A stretch of 64,000 nucleotides of DNA. It comes from an uncultured Flavobacteriales bacterium. Lineage in GTDB: Bacteria; Bacteroidota; Bacteroidia; Flavobacteriales; BACL11. The notes beneath the pieces are model-generated. The model saw only the letters and a program-made list of their open reading frames with translations, was not told the DNA's origin and did no database searches. This document shows, piece by piece, positions 10,194 to 20,018 of the stretch (its first letter is position 1; every line of letters begins with the position of its first letter). The stretch covers positions 4,782-68,781 of the forward strand of contig CAJWCP010000001.1 in assembly GCA_913031595.1 (NCBI GenBank). The letters run 5' to 3'. A program made the translations under genes and the position numbers.

Positions 10194-10759
10194 TAATCTT
10201 TTACTCTTTCTATGTATACTTTTTTTTCTGTATCAATTTTTATCTTATCTCCTTCATTAATAAATAAAGGTACTTGAATATGGGCTCCTGTTTCAGTAGT
10301 TGCAGGTTTAAACGTATTTGTAGCAGTATTACCCCTAACTCCAGGTTCTGTATGTGTTATCTCTAGTATAATATGAGAGGGGAGGCTCGCAGATAAGGGG
10401 AGTCCTTTATCTGCATGGAACAGGACATCTATGTTTGCTCCTTCTTTTAAGAATTCGACATTATCGATAAAATCTTTTTGTAGCATTATTTGCTCATAAT
10501 CATCAATATTCATAAGATGATAATCTTTTCCTTCAGCATATAGAAATTGATACTTTCTATTCTCTACTCTTATGATATCAATTTTTACTCCTGAGGTAAA
10601 AGTGTTTTCTAATAATCTACCTGAGTTAAGATTCCTAATTTTTGTTCTCACAAAAGCAGGTCCTTTTCCTGGTTTTACATGCTGAAATGATTCTATTTTC
10701 CAAGGTTCTCCATTGTGTTGTATACATAAACCATTTCTAAAATCTGCTGTAGTTGCCAT
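10193..10759 (-). CDS. efp: Translation elongation factor P
   Basis: 188 aa with the EF-P loop HVKPGKGPAFVRTK. Confidence 0.95.
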   Translation of the reverse strand: MATTADFRNGLCIQHNGEPWKIESFQHVKPGKGPAFVRTKIRNLNSGRLLENTFTSGVKIDIIRVENRKYQFLYAEGKDYHLMNIDDYEQIMLQKDFIDNVEFLKEGANIDVLFHADKGLPLSASLPSHIILEITHTEPGVRGNTATNTFKPATTETGAHIQVPLFINEGDKIKIDTEKKVYIERVKD

Positions 10760-10763
10760 ATTT

Positions 10764-11546
10764 TTATTTTTGATTATAACCTCTCATAATACCTCTTTTA
10801 GAATTTGTTACAAATGAAATAATTTCATCTCTTTCATTAGAGATAGTTATTTCTGTTTCTATTTTAAAGATAGCTTGTGTGTTATTATTATTACTTTGAT
10901 ATAAAATTCTAAATATATTTTGAATTTCTTGAATTTTTTCATCTGAGAAACCACGTCTTCTTAAGCCTATTGAGTTTATTCCTACAAAGGATAAAGGTTC
11001 ACGTGCAGCTTTTACATATGGAGGAACGTCTTTTCTTACTAAAGAGCCTCCTGAGACCATTGCATGTTTTCCGATACTAACAAATTGATGAACAGCAGAT
11101 AATCCTCCAACAATTGCATGATCTCCTATTTCTACATGTCCTGCTAATGCTACACTATTTGCTATAATACATTCTTGCCCAATATTACAATCATGTGCAA
11201 TATGTGCATATGCCATAATTAAACAGTTATCTTTAACAATTGTTTTTCCGCTAGCTCTTGTTCCTCTATTTATTGTTGCACATTCACGAATTGTACAGTT
11301 ATTTCCAATAATAGTTAAAGATTTTTCTCCTTGAAATTTTAAATCTTGAGGTATTGCAGAAATTATTGCTCCAGGAAATATTCTGCAATTTTCTCCTATT
11401 CTAGCACCTTCCATGATTGTTACATTTGATCCAATCCATGTGCCTTTTCCAATTTGAACATCTTTTTCAATAGTTGTAAAAGGTTCAATCACTACATTTC
11501 TTGCAATGTCTGCATGAGGATCTATATATGCTAAAGGTTGATGCAT
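10764..11546 (-). CDS. lpxA: Acyl-ACP--UDP-GlcNAc O-acyltransferase
   Basis: 260 aa with hexapeptide-repeat left-handed beta-helix plus an LpxA C-terminal helical domain. It sits in the lpxD-lpxC-fabZ-lpxA cluster. Confidence 0.9.
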   Translation of the reverse strand: MHQPLAYIDPHADIARNVVIEPFTTIEKDVQIGKGTWIGSNVTIMEGARIGENCRIFPGAIISAIPQDLKFQGEKSLTIIGNNCTIRECATINRGTRASGKTIVKDNCLIMAYAHIAHDCNIGQECIIANSVALAGHVEIGDHAIVGGLSAVHQFVSIGKHAMVSGGSLVRKDVPPYVKAAREPLSFVGINSIGLRRRGFSDEKIQEIQNIFRILYQSNNNNTQAIFKIETEITISNERDEIISFVTNSKRGIMRGYNQK

Positions 11547-11552
11547 GATTAC

Positions 11553-12026
11553 TTATTTTTTTGCGATTTGCGCTAAAAAATCAGCTTCTGCTACTATTTG
11601 ATTATTAACAAAACCTTTTCCATGCATATGACATAATCCTCTTCTAATAGGAGATATTAAATCTAAACGAAATACTAAAAGATCACCTGGGATTACTTTT
11701 TTTCGAAATTTTGCATTATCAATTTTCATAAAGAAGGTTAAATAATCTTGAGGGTTTTCCACGCTACTAAGAATTAGAATCCCTCCTGCTTGGGCCATTG
11801 TTTCTAACTGTAATACTCCTGGCATAACAGGTTCTGCCGGAAAATGACCTTTGAAATATTCTTCTTCTTTTTTAACAAATTTTGTTCCTACAATAAAGTC
11901 TTCACCAATTTCTCTTATTTCATCAAGAAATAAAAAAGGATGGCGATGAGGAAGTATAGATTTGATCTTCTCTTTATTATATAAAGGCTCTTCATTTAGA
12001 TTAATTATAGGTGCTTTATAGTCCAT
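11553..12026 (-). CDS. fabZ: 3-hydroxyacyl-ACP dehydratase FabZ (separate ORF, not fused to LpxC)
   Basis: 157 aa hotdog fold with LPHRHPFLFLDEI and FKGHFPAEPVMPGVL motifs. Its ATG overlaps the lpxC stop by 11 nt. Confidence 0.85.
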   Translation of the reverse strand: MDYKAPIINLNEEPLYNKEKIKSILPHRHPFLFLDEIREIGEDFIVGTKFVKKEEEYFKGHFPAEPVMPGVLQLETMAQAGGILILSSVENPQDYLTFFMKIDNAKFRKKVIPGDLLVFRLDLISPIRRGLCHMHGKGFVNNQIVAEADFLAQIAKK

Positions 12027-12936
12027 TTTTCGTCTTAATTATATTTTGTAAATATTTTGCAAATTTAATATTGTTTTTGTGTCCAGGCTTTGTTGCGTGA
12101 ATTTTTCCTTTAATTTGTTTTCCTAATAGGCTCAGATCTCCAATTAGATCAAGTAGTTTATGTCTTGCTGGTTCATTTTCAAACCGTAGTTTTACATTGT
12201 CTAGTATTCCTAAATCTGTCTTTTTTATGTTTTTCTTTTTGAATATTAGTTTTAAATTATCTAATTTCTCTTTTGATATTTCTTTTTCAATAATTACAAT
12301 AGCATTATCTATCTCTCCTCCTTTTATAAGGTTTTTTTTGACTAAGACTTCTAATTCATGAAAAAAACAAAAAGTTCTTGCAGGAGATATTTTGGTTTTA
12401 AAATTATTTATTGATTCTAGAATGGCATGTTGTATTCCTATTACTTTAGAATTATAATCTATTGTAACATTTAGTTCATATTTATTGGAAGGTGTTGCTA
12501 TGAATGTGCTGTCAGACCCTTCTGGAGTAAAAGTCACTTCTTTTTTAATTTCAAAGAATTCTCTTTCTTCATCTAAATTAGTGATTCCTGCATTTTCAAT
12601 TATTTCTGAGAATTTTTTTGCGCTACCGTCTAATATGGGAATCTCAATATTGTCAACTTCTATATTGATATTATCAATATTAGCTCCAATAATTGCAGCT
12701 AATAAATGCTCAACAGTTCTTATTTCAGCATTTTTTGATTTTAAATTTGTGCTTCTTTTTGTTGAATATAGGTTTTCTAGATTAGCTTTAATAATTGGGT
12801 TTTTTGGTAAGTCACAACGAATAAAAGATATTCCTGAGTTAGCTTTTGCAGGTTGTAATGTAATTTTAGTGGACACGCCAGTATGGATTCCCCTACCTGT
12901 AATTGATGTTTTCTTGCTTATAGTTGTCTGTTTCAT
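12016..12936 (-). CDS. lpxC: UDP-3-O-acyl-GlcNAc deacetylase LpxC
   Basis: 306 aa with SITGRGIHTGV N-terminal motif, TVEHLLAA and HKNN near the C-terminus. Confidence 0.85.
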   Translation of the reverse strand: MKQTTISKKTSITGRGIHTGVSTKITLQPAKANSGISFIRCDLPKNPIIKANLENLYSTKRSTNLKSKNAEIRTVEHLLAAIIGANIDNINIEVDNIEIPILDGSAKKFSEIIENAGITNLDEEREFFEIKKEVTFTPEGSDSTFIATPSNKYELNVTIDYNSKVIGIQHAILESINNFKTKISPARTFCFFHELEVLVKKNLIKGGEIDNAIVIIEKEISKEKLDNLKLIFKKKNIKKTDLGILDNVKLRFENEPARHKLLDLIGDLSLLGKQIKGKIHATKPGHKNNIKFAKYLQNIIKTKNGL

Positions 12937-13955
12937 TAATTATTCTTCCTTTTTTCCATGTTAATTAATTTCTGATATATCTCAGGAAGTTTTTTAAATA
13001 AAACATATGATCTTTGATAATCTTTTAAATTAAAAGCAAATGGTCCTTGTACGGTTTGATTATCTTTAATGTTAGAACCAATACCACTTTGTCCAGCAAC
13101 TTTTACATTATCCCCAATATTTAGATGTCCAGCTATTGATGAATTTCCACCAATCATACAATTTTTTCCGATTTTGGTTGATCCTGCAATTGCAACGTGT
13201 GCTGCGATTACAGTGTTTTTACCAATTTCGGCATTATGAGCAATCTGTATTAAGTTATCTAACTTTACGCCTTTTCTTATTATTGTAGAGCCCATAGTTG
13301 CTCTATCAATTGTACAGTTAGCACCAATTTCTACATTATCTTCTGTTATAACATTACCTATTTGTTCAATTTTATTGTATTCTTTGTTATTTGCAATAAA
13401 TCCAAATCCGTCAGCTCCTATTACTGTTCCTGCATGAATAATATTATTCGCGCCTATAATGCAGTCGTGATATATCTTGACTCCAGGAAATATAATTGTA
13501 TTTTTTCCTATTGAAACATTTTCTCCAATAAAACAGTGAGAGTGTATTTTAACATTATCTTTGATAATAGTTTTTTCAGATATTGAAGAGAAAGCATCAA
13601 TAAAAACATCTTTTCCAATTTTTGTGTTTTTACTTATTTGAGTGTTTTCTGATATACCTTTTTTGTTTAAGGATTTTGTCTTTTTGATTTTTAATAATTG
13701 TGCAAAGCTTGAATAAGGATCTTCTACTTTTATTAGAGTTGGATTCATTTCTTTTTTAGAAGTAAATTGTTTATTTACAATTACAATTGAGGCAAGAGTT
13801 TTTCTAATATAATGCATATATTTTGAATGTGCAATGAAACATATGTCTCCATTTTTTGCTTCTTCAATTTTTGCAAAATTAGTTGCTTTTATATTCTCAT
13901 CACCTATAATGTCTCCTTGAATTATTTCTGCTATTTCTTTTGCGGTCATATTCAT
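12936..13955 (-). CDS. lpxD: UDP-3-O-acylglucosamine N-acyltransferase
   Basis: 339 aa with an LpxD N-terminal domain followed by long hexapeptide repeats. Confidence 0.9.
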   Translation of the reverse strand: MNMTAKEIAEIIQGDIIGDENIKATNFAKIEEAKNGDICFIAHSKYMHYIRKTLASIVIVNKQFTSKKEMNPTLIKVEDPYSSFAQLLKIKKTKSLNKKGISENTQISKNTKIGKDVFIDAFSSISEKTIIKDNVKIHSHCFIGENVSIGKNTIIFPGVKIYHDCIIGANNIIHAGTVIGADGFGFIANNKEYNKIEQIGNVITEDNVEIGANCTIDRATMGSTIIRKGVKLDNLIQIAHNAEIGKNTVIAAHVAIAGSTKIGKNCMIGGNSSIAGHLNIGDNVKVAGQSGIGSNIKDNQTVQGPFAFNLKDYQRSYVLFKKLPEIYQKLINMEKRKNN

Positions 13956-13959
13956 TTTA

Positions 13960-13967
13960 CAAATCTA
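13960..13967 (-). promoter_or_regulatory. -7 promoter element TAGATTTG, 4 nt upstream of the lpxD ATG
   Basis: The minus strand reads TAGATTTG-TAAA-ATG. Confidence 0.45.
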
Positions 13968-14109
13968 CTAAATTAGATTTATTCTTTACTAATAGTGTAG
14001 GATTCTTAGTGATTGATGTTTTTTAATAAATTACAATTAATTTTTATTATTCATTTTAGGAAAGTAACGTTTTTTTTTTTAATTTTTGTAAAAGATAAAT
14101 AGATTAATT

Positions 14110-15654
14110 ATGATTAAGATACTTTGGGCAGATGATGAGATAGACTTGTTAAAGTCTCATATTATTTATTTAGAAGAAAAAGGTTGTGTATTTACTCCTG
14201 CAAAAAGTGGAGATGAGGCTTTAGATTTATTAGAGAGTAATAGTTTTGACTTAATCTTTCTAGATGAGAATATGCCAGGCATTTCCGGATTAGAAACTCT
14301 TTCTATCATAAAAGAAAGGTATTCAAATATTCCTGTTATTATGATTACTAAGAGTGAAGAAGAAAGTATTATGGAAGAGGCAATTGGCTCAAAGATTGCT
14401 GATTATTTAATTAAACCTTTAAATCCTTCACAAATTTTATTAGCTATTAAAAAGAATATTCAGACTAATAGGTTAGTTGAAGAAAGAACAACAAGAAACT
14501 ATCAGCAAGAATTTAGAAATATTAGTATGAGTTTAGCTAACTCTTTAGATTTAGAAGAATGGTATGAGATGTTTAAAAAGCTTACTTATTGGGAACTAGA
14601 GATAGAGCGTTCTGGAGATAATAGTATTCAGGAAATTCTTAATATGCAAAAATCTGAAGCAAACACACAGTTTTTTAGATTTGTAAAAGATAATTATCAA
14701 GAATGGATGAGGGGGGAGAATGCTCCATTAATGTCACATTCTATTATTAAAGACAGAGTACTTCCCTTACTTTCAGAAGATAAGCCTACTTATTTTATTC
14801 TTATTGATAACTTACGTTATGATCAATGGAAAATTATAGAGCCCTCCTTTTTCAAGGCATTTAATTTTATTCAGGAAGAGCTTTATGTTAGCATATTGCC
14901 TACAGCGACTCAATATTCTCGTAATTCGATTTTTGCAGGATTACTTCCTTCTGAAATTCAAAAGAGGTTTCCTGATTTATGGAAGAATGATGAAGATAAG
15001 GGGGGGAAGAATATGTATGAAGACCAATTCTTAGCAGATAATCTACAGAGGCTAGGGAAGGGGTCGTTTAAACAATCATATACAAAGATTACAAATCTTG
15101 ACTATGGTAGAAAAGTGCTTAATACAATTTCTAACATGCAGGGTAATGCTTTGAATGTCATTGTGTATAATTTTGTAGATATGCTTTCTCATTCAAGAAC
15201 AGATATGAAAGTTATAAAAGAATTAGCAGATGACGATTCTGCTTATCGATCATTGACAGCTTCATGGTTTTCTCATTCTCCTTTAAAGGATATTATTTCT
15301 CAAATAGCTAAACAAGATGCTAATCTTATTATTACAACAGATCATGGAACTATTAATGTTGCTAGGCCATCTAAAGTTATAGGAGATAAGAATGTTAATA
15401 CTAATTTAAGATATAAGCAGGGTAAAAATTTAAATTATAATAAACAAGATGTATTTGAGATGATCAATCCATTAGATTACTATTTGCCTATGCAAAATGT
15501 TAGCAGTAAATATATCTTTGCTAAAGAGGATATGTATTTTGTTTATCAGAATAATTATAATCAATTTGTTAAATTTTATAAAAATACTTATCAGCATGGG
15601 GGTATTTCAATGGAAGAAATGTTAATACCAATTATTATCTTAGAATCTAAATAA
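14110..15654 (+). CDS. porX: PorX-type response regulator (CheY receiver fused to PglZ/alkaline-phosphatase-like domain)
   Basis: 514 aa. The N-terminal receiver has ILWADDE, FLDENMPG and IKP. The C-terminal PglZ-like domain has DNLRYDQW and TTDHGT. Architecture and length match the T9SS regulator PorX. Confidence 0.75.
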   Translation: MIKILWADDEIDLLKSHIIYLEEKGCVFTPAKSGDEALDLLESNSFDLIFLDENMPGISGLETLSIIKERYSNIPVIMITKSEEESIMEEAIGSKIADYLIKPLNPSQILLAIKKNIQTNRLVEERTTRNYQQEFRNISMSLANSLDLEEWYEMFKKLTYWELEIERSGDNSIQEILNMQKSEANTQFFRFVKDNYQEWMRGENAPLMSHSIIKDRVLPLLSEDKPTYFILIDNLRYDQWKIIEPSFFKAFNFIQEELYVSILPTATQYSRNSIFAGLLPSEIQKRFPDLWKNDEDKGGKNMYEDQFLADNLQRLGKGSFKQSYTKITNLDYGRKVLNTISNMQGNALNVIVYNFVDMLSHSRTDMKVIKELADDDSAYRSLTASWFSHSPLKDIISQIAKQDANLIITTDHGTINVARPSKVIGDKNVNTNLRYKQGKNLNYNKQDVFEMINPLDYYLPMQNVSSKYIFAKEDMYFVYQNNYNQFVKFYKNTYQHGGISMEEMLIPIIILESK

Positions 15655-16073
15655 TGTTAAATACTTTTCATATCAATCACATTGGAGATTTAGATTCTGT
15701 TGCTAAGGAGCTTCTTAATTTAGTGTCTCCTTATAGAAAGTTTGCGTTTTTTGGAGAAATGGGTGTTGGTAAAACTACCTTTATAAAAGCTTTAACTTCT
15801 GAATTAGGGGCTCAAGATATTGTTAGTAGTCCTACATTTTCAATTGTAAACGAGTATGTTACAAAAGATCAAGAAAAAATTTATCATTTTGATTTTTATA
15901 GAATTAAGGATGAGAGTGAAGCTTATGACATAGGATATGAGGAATATTTTTCTACTTCAGCATACTGTTTTATTGAATGGTCAGAAAAGATACCTAATCT
16001 TATTGATGATACAATGGTAAAAATATTGATGTCTTTTAATGATAAAAAGAGAGTAATTCAAGTAAATATATAA
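15654..16073 (+). CDS. tsaE: tRNA t6A biosynthesis ATPase TsaE
   Basis: 139 aa with P-loop GEMGVGKTTF, SPTF and HFDFYR motifs. There is a TAATG overlap with porX. Confidence 0.85.
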   Translation: MLNTFHINHIGDLDSVAKELLNLVSPYRKFAFFGEMGVGKTTFIKALTSELGAQDIVSSPTFSIVNEYVTKDQEKIYHFDFYRIKDESEAYDIGYEEYFSTSAYCFIEWSEKIPNLIDDTMVKILMSFNDKKRVIQVNI

Positions 16074-16075
16074 TC

Positions 16076-17278
16076 ATGAGTAAAGAGAAAATTTTTAGTT
16101 CATTTGGTATTATGCCAAAAGAAGAGATGTTAGAAGTGAAACCAGATTTTAAACGATTAAACATAGGCATACCTAAAGAGTCTTCATTTCAGGAGAATCG
16201 AGTGAGTTTAACTCCAGATTCAGTTGGTTTATTAGTAGCAAATGGACATAATGTAATTATAGAGAAAGGTGCTGGTATTGCTTCTAATTTTACTGACAAG
16301 GAGTATACAGATAAAGGTGCTCAATTAGTATATAGTAAAGAAGAAATATTCAAATCAGATTTCATATTAAAGATAGAGCCTCCTACAAAGACTGAATTAG
16401 AATTAATGAATAATGGACAGCAGCTTATCTCTGCTGTACAGACTAACACACAGGTTAAAGCTTATTTTAACACCTTAAACAAGAAAAAAATTACAGCTTT
16501 TGGTTTTGAATTTATTCAAGATCAACAGGCAAAATTACCCTTTGTACGAATTATGAGTGAGATAGCAGGTAACACTTCTATGCTTATTGCTGGAGAATAT
16601 TTATCAACAGTAAATAAAGGAAAAGGGCTTATGCTAGGAGGTGTATCGGGATTGGTGCCAACTAATGTTGTTATTATAGGGGCAGGTACTGTTGGTGAAT
16701 ATGCTTGTAGAGCCTCTTTAGGTCTTGGAGCTTCAGTCATTGTGTTTGATGACTCTATTACTAAGCTGAGAAGGCTACAGAATAATATTAATAGTAGAAT
16801 AAGTACTTCTACTATACAACCAAAAGCTTTATTAAAGGCATTGAGAAGAGCAGATGTTGTAATAGCTGCTCTTCAAATAGGAGATGGTAGAGTTCCTTGC
16901 GTAGTTAGTGAAGATATGGTTCAAGACATGAAACAAGGTTCTGTTGTAATAGATGTAAGTATTGATCAAGGAGGTTGTTTCGAAACTTCGGAAGTTACTT
17001 CACATAATAAGCCAGTCTTTACAAAACATGGTGTTGTTCATTATTGTGTTCCAAATATAGCATCAAGAGTAGCCAGGACAGCATCCATGTCTATTAGTAA
17101 CCTTATCACTCCTATTTTACTGCGTATAGCAGAAGAAGGGGGAGTTGAAAGCATAATTAGAAAAGATGAATTTCTTAGATCAGGGGTGTATACTTTTAAT
17201 GGTAACTTAACAAGTGATATTTTGAGCAAGAATTTTAATCTTCCATTTGTTGATTTAGATTTAATAATGGGAACTTAA
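16076..17278 (+). CDS. ald: Alanine dehydrogenase family protein
   Basis: 400 aa with AlaDH/PNT N-terminal and NAD-binding domains (VVIIGAGTVGEYA). Confidence 0.75.
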   Translation: MSKEKIFSSFGIMPKEEMLEVKPDFKRLNIGIPKESSFQENRVSLTPDSVGLLVANGHNVIIEKGAGIASNFTDKEYTDKGAQLVYSKEEIFKSDFILKIEPPTKTELELMNNGQQLISAVQTNTQVKAYFNTLNKKKITAFGFEFIQDQQAKLPFVRIMSEIAGNTSMLIAGEYLSTVNKGKGLMLGGVSGLVPTNVVIIGAGTVGEYACRASLGLGASVIVFDDSITKLRRLQNNINSRISTSTIQPKALLKALRRADVVIAALQIGDGRVPCVVSEDMVQDMKQGSVVIDVSIDQGGCFETSEVTSHNKPVFTKHGVVHYCVPNIASRVARTASMSISNLITPILLRIAEEGGVESIIRKDEFLRSGVYTFNGNLTSDILSKNFNLPFVDLDLIMGT

Positions 17279-17283
17279 TAAAT

Positions 17284-17697
17284 ATGAGAAGGCGAATCTT
17301 TTTCTTTTCTATAGGAGCTATAATTAGTATAGCTTTTCTTTCGATGGGGCCTAATAATAGACTTAAAGAAACATTTTATGCCTATATTGATTATTTTGAT
17401 ATGAATAAACGTGTTATTACTCATCTAAATAATGATAGCACACTTTTTAGTATTAAAAGTCAGTGTCAGATGGTGTATTATGGTATGAGTAAAGAGCAGT
17501 TGTTGTCAGTGTTAGAAGATGGTGTAGTAAATTTTGATAAAAGTCAAAAAGATACTGATCCATGTCAATATTATGTAGTAGAGAATGAAATAAATTCAGA
17601 TTATTTATCTGTTGAGTTTGAATATTGTTATAAAGATAATTCTGTGCAAGTTGTTAGTTTTATCTTAAATGATGAATCAGAAGTGTGTAATCACTAA
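17284..17697 (+). CDS. Hypothetical membrane-anchored protein
   Basis: 137 aa with an N-terminal TM helix (IFFFSIGAIISIAFLS). No family recognised confidently. Confidence 0.4.
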   Translation: MRRRIFFFSIGAIISIAFLSMGPNNRLKETFYAYIDYFDMNKRVITHLNNDSTLFSIKSQCQMVYYGMSKEQLLSVLEDGVVNFDKSQKDTDPCQYYVVENEINSDYLSVEFEYCYKDNSVQVVSFILNDESEVCNH

Positions 17698-18863
17698 TTT
17701 TTTTTCTTTCTTCTTTGTATTTCTTGCTTGATATTTATTAACTCTCTACTTACTTGTCCTGTTATTGAAGTGTTTTCTTTTGCTCTTCTAATAAGATAGG
17801 GTAATAATTCTTTTATAGGTCCATATGGAACATATTTTGCTACATTATATCCATTTATAGATGAATTATATGAGATATGATCACTCATTCCTAGTAATTG
17901 TGAGAAATATACTCTTTTATCATTTTTTCCTATGTTATATTCTTTAAGTAAATTAGAAAGTAGTAGAGAACTTTTTTCATTATGTGTTCCTGCACAAATA
18001 GAAATTCTATTAATATTTCTTATACATATTTCTAAGGCTTTATTATAATCTCGGTCTGTTTCATATTTAAATTCATGTACAGGACACGGGTAGTTTTTTT
18101 CCTGTGCTCGTTTTACTTCTTTCTCGTAATAGGCTCCTCTGACTATTTTCACTCCAAGAATAAAATCTTTTTTATTAGCTTTTTCTAGTAGATTATTAAG
18201 ATAGATAATTCTGTCTTTCCGATATAGTTGTATAGTATTATATATCCAAGCTTCTTTTTTATTGAATTTTTCCATCATGTTCTCAGAGATCTCATCAATT
18301 ATGTTTTGTATCCAACTTTCTTCAGCATCAATAAATAAGGGTACCTTATTTTGATATGCACTCTTACAGATTTTTTCCATTCTTTTTCTAAATATGTCGG
18401 CGTCTAATTTTTCTTGTTTATTCAAGGTTTTTTTGGCACTCATCTTTTCTAGTAATGAAAATTTAGCTAATCCTGTTGGTTTAAAAACACAGAAAGGAAT
18501 ACTTTCTTTATCCTTTGCGTTTTGAATAGATTCTAGTGTTTGCTCTATTGTTCTTTCAAAATCTTTTTCATTTTCTTTTCCTTCTATTGAAAAATCTAAT
18601 ATGGTTCCGATTTTAGCTTTCCAGAGCTGGTTAATTACGTTTTGGGAATCCTGTATTGTTGTGCCTCCACAAAATTGTTTATAGATAGTAGATCTTATTA
18701 TATTCTTAACAGGAAGTTTTATCCAGATAGCTGTTTTTAGTAAAAAAGTAAGGGTTTGTGAAAGTAAAGGGTAGTTTAATGTTTTAAACAATATATATGC
18801 TCTTTTTAGATCCCTGTCTGATTTGTCTGCGAAAGCATTCTTTAAATTATTAAAGTCTAACAT
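17694..18863 (-). CDS. Proline dehydrogenase family protein
   Basis: 389 aa TIM-barrel PutA-like dehydrogenase pattern (FIDAEESW, VRGAY, LLGM). Confidence 0.7.
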   Translation of the reverse strand: MLDFNNLKNAFADKSDRDLKRAYILFKTLNYPLLSQTLTFLLKTAIWIKLPVKNIIRSTIYKQFCGGTTIQDSQNVINQLWKAKIGTILDFSIEGKENEKDFERTIEQTLESIQNAKDKESIPFCVFKPTGLAKFSLLEKMSAKKTLNKQEKLDADIFRKRMEKICKSAYQNKVPLFIDAEESWIQNIIDEISENMMEKFNKKEAWIYNTIQLYRKDRIIYLNNLLEKANKKDFILGVKIVRGAYYEKEVKRAQEKNYPCPVHEFKYETDRDYNKALEICIRNINRISICAGTHNEKSSLLLSNLLKEYNIGKNDKRVYFSQLLGMSDHISYNSSINGYNVAKYVPYGPIKELLPYLIRRAKENTSITGQVSRELINIKQEIQRRKKKN

Positions 18864-18885
18864 GGCTAATTAAGCTTAGATGTTG

Positions 18886-19527
18886 TTAATCACGAATTTT
18901 TTTACTTATCATTAAACCATCTCTAATAGGTAAGAGTAAAGTTTCTATTCTCTCATCTTTTAGAACCTTTTTATTATATTCATTTAATGCTTGAGTTTCT
19001 TTATCTTGAACCTCTTCTAGTACTTTTCCACTCCATAGAACATTATCTGCAATTATATATCCGTTAATTTTTATTTTATCAATAATTAAATCAAAATATT
19101 TACAATAGTTTTCTTTATCAGCGTCAATAAAAGCAAGTTCGAAACACTGGTTAAGTTCACTTATAATATCTAATGCATTTCCAATATATTGAGTAATATT
19201 ATTTTTATACATAGATTTATCAAAATATTTCTTTGCAATTATTGCATATTCCTCATTAATATCTAATGTGTGTAACATACCACCTTTTTTGAGTCCTTCT
19301 GCTAAACATAATGCAGAGTATCCAGTATATGTTCCAATTTCTAGAATATTCTGTGGGGATATCATGTTACTTATCATTGAAAGAAACCTACCTTGGGTAA
19401 ATCCTGATAGCATTCTAGGGTTCATTACATTCGCCCATGTTTCTCTATTTAAATCAGATAATAGCTGGTGCTCTTTATTACTGTGATTGATTGCGTATTG
19501 ACTAATTTTTTCAGGAGTAAAGTCCAT
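18886..19527 (-). CDS. Class I SAM-dependent O-methyltransferase (caffeoyl-CoA OMT-like)
   Basis: 213 aa with ILEIGTYTGYSALCLA and FIDADKENY motifs. Confidence 0.8.
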   Translation of the reverse strand: MDFTPEKISQYAINHSNKEHQLLSDLNRETWANVMNPRMLSGFTQGRFLSMISNMISPQNILEIGTYTGYSALCLAEGLKKGGMLHTLDINEEYAIIAKKYFDKSMYKNNITQYIGNALDIISELNQCFELAFIDADKENYCKYFDLIIDKIKINGYIIADNVLWSGKVLEEVQDKETQALNEYNKKVLKDERIETLLLPIRDGLMISKKIRD

Positions 19528-19540
19528 ATTTTTGATATAA

Positions 19541-19568
19541 AAAAAGCCACACCTAAGTGTGGCTTTTT
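19541..19568 (-). terminator. Rho-independent terminator hairpin (symmetric, A-tract/T-tract flanked)
   Basis: aaaaaGCCACAC-ctaa-GTGTGGCttttt, lying 15 nt downstream of the stop of the 19584-20018 gene. Confidence 0.7.
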
Positions 19569-19583
19569 AAATTTTAAATTTAA

Positions 19584-20018
19584 TTATTCATCTGAAGAAG
19601 TGTTTTCTTCATTTGCTTCTGTAGTAGTGTTTTTAGAGCAAGAAGATTTTTTATTTTTTGATTTACAACATGTTTTTTTCTTACTACTGTAGTTGTTACT
19701 TTTATTGTAATTAAATTCTCCTTTATTTGATTTGCTGCAAGATGATTTCTTTTTTGAACTACAGCATTTCTTTTTTGTTTTAGAGCATTTTGTTGCTGCA
19801 CTTTCCCCATCTGCTTTACAACAGTTTTTTGTGTTTTTATCACATATTTTTCCAGTATTTACGCATACAGTTTTTCCTTCTTCATTTGTTGTAAACGGGC
19901 ACTCCTTCTCTATTTTTTCAACTTTCCCTTTGCTGCATCCACATGTTCCACATGCATTTACATTTGATATGCCTAATACTAAAAATAAACTGAATAGGCT
20001 AATTAATATTTTTTTCAT
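19584..20018 (-). CDS. Secreted (possibly lipidated) Cys/Lys/Ser-rich low-complexity protein
   Basis: 144 aa with signal peptide MKKILISLFSLFLVLGISNVNA followed by CGTCGC. It has 15 Cys including three CC doublets. It carries its own -7 box and its own terminator. Confidence 0.6.
   Translation of the reverse strand: MKKILISLFSLFLVLGISNVNACGTCGCSKGKVEKIEKECPFTTNEEGKTVCVNTGKICDKNTKNCCKADGESAATKCSKTKKKCCSSKKKSSCSKSNKGEFNYNKSNNYSSKKKTCCKSKNKKSSCSKNTTTEANEENTSSDE

Noticed and set aside
12485-12964. A 159-aa ORF on the plus strand.
   Set aside because: It is antisense to lpxC and to the lpxD 3' end, with no motifs. It is a shadow ORF. The same reasoning applies to the other 60-113-aa antisense ORFs in the track, for example 4029-4370, 45155-45493, 46576-46893 and 47363-47695.
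14110-15654. A PglZ domain could indicate a BREX or other phage-defence locus.
   Set aside because: The PglZ-like domain is fused to a CheY receiver in a 514-aa protein, which is the PorX architecture. Its neighbours are housekeeping genes (lpxD, tsaE, ald), and there are no BrxC, PglX or PglY-type genes nearby.
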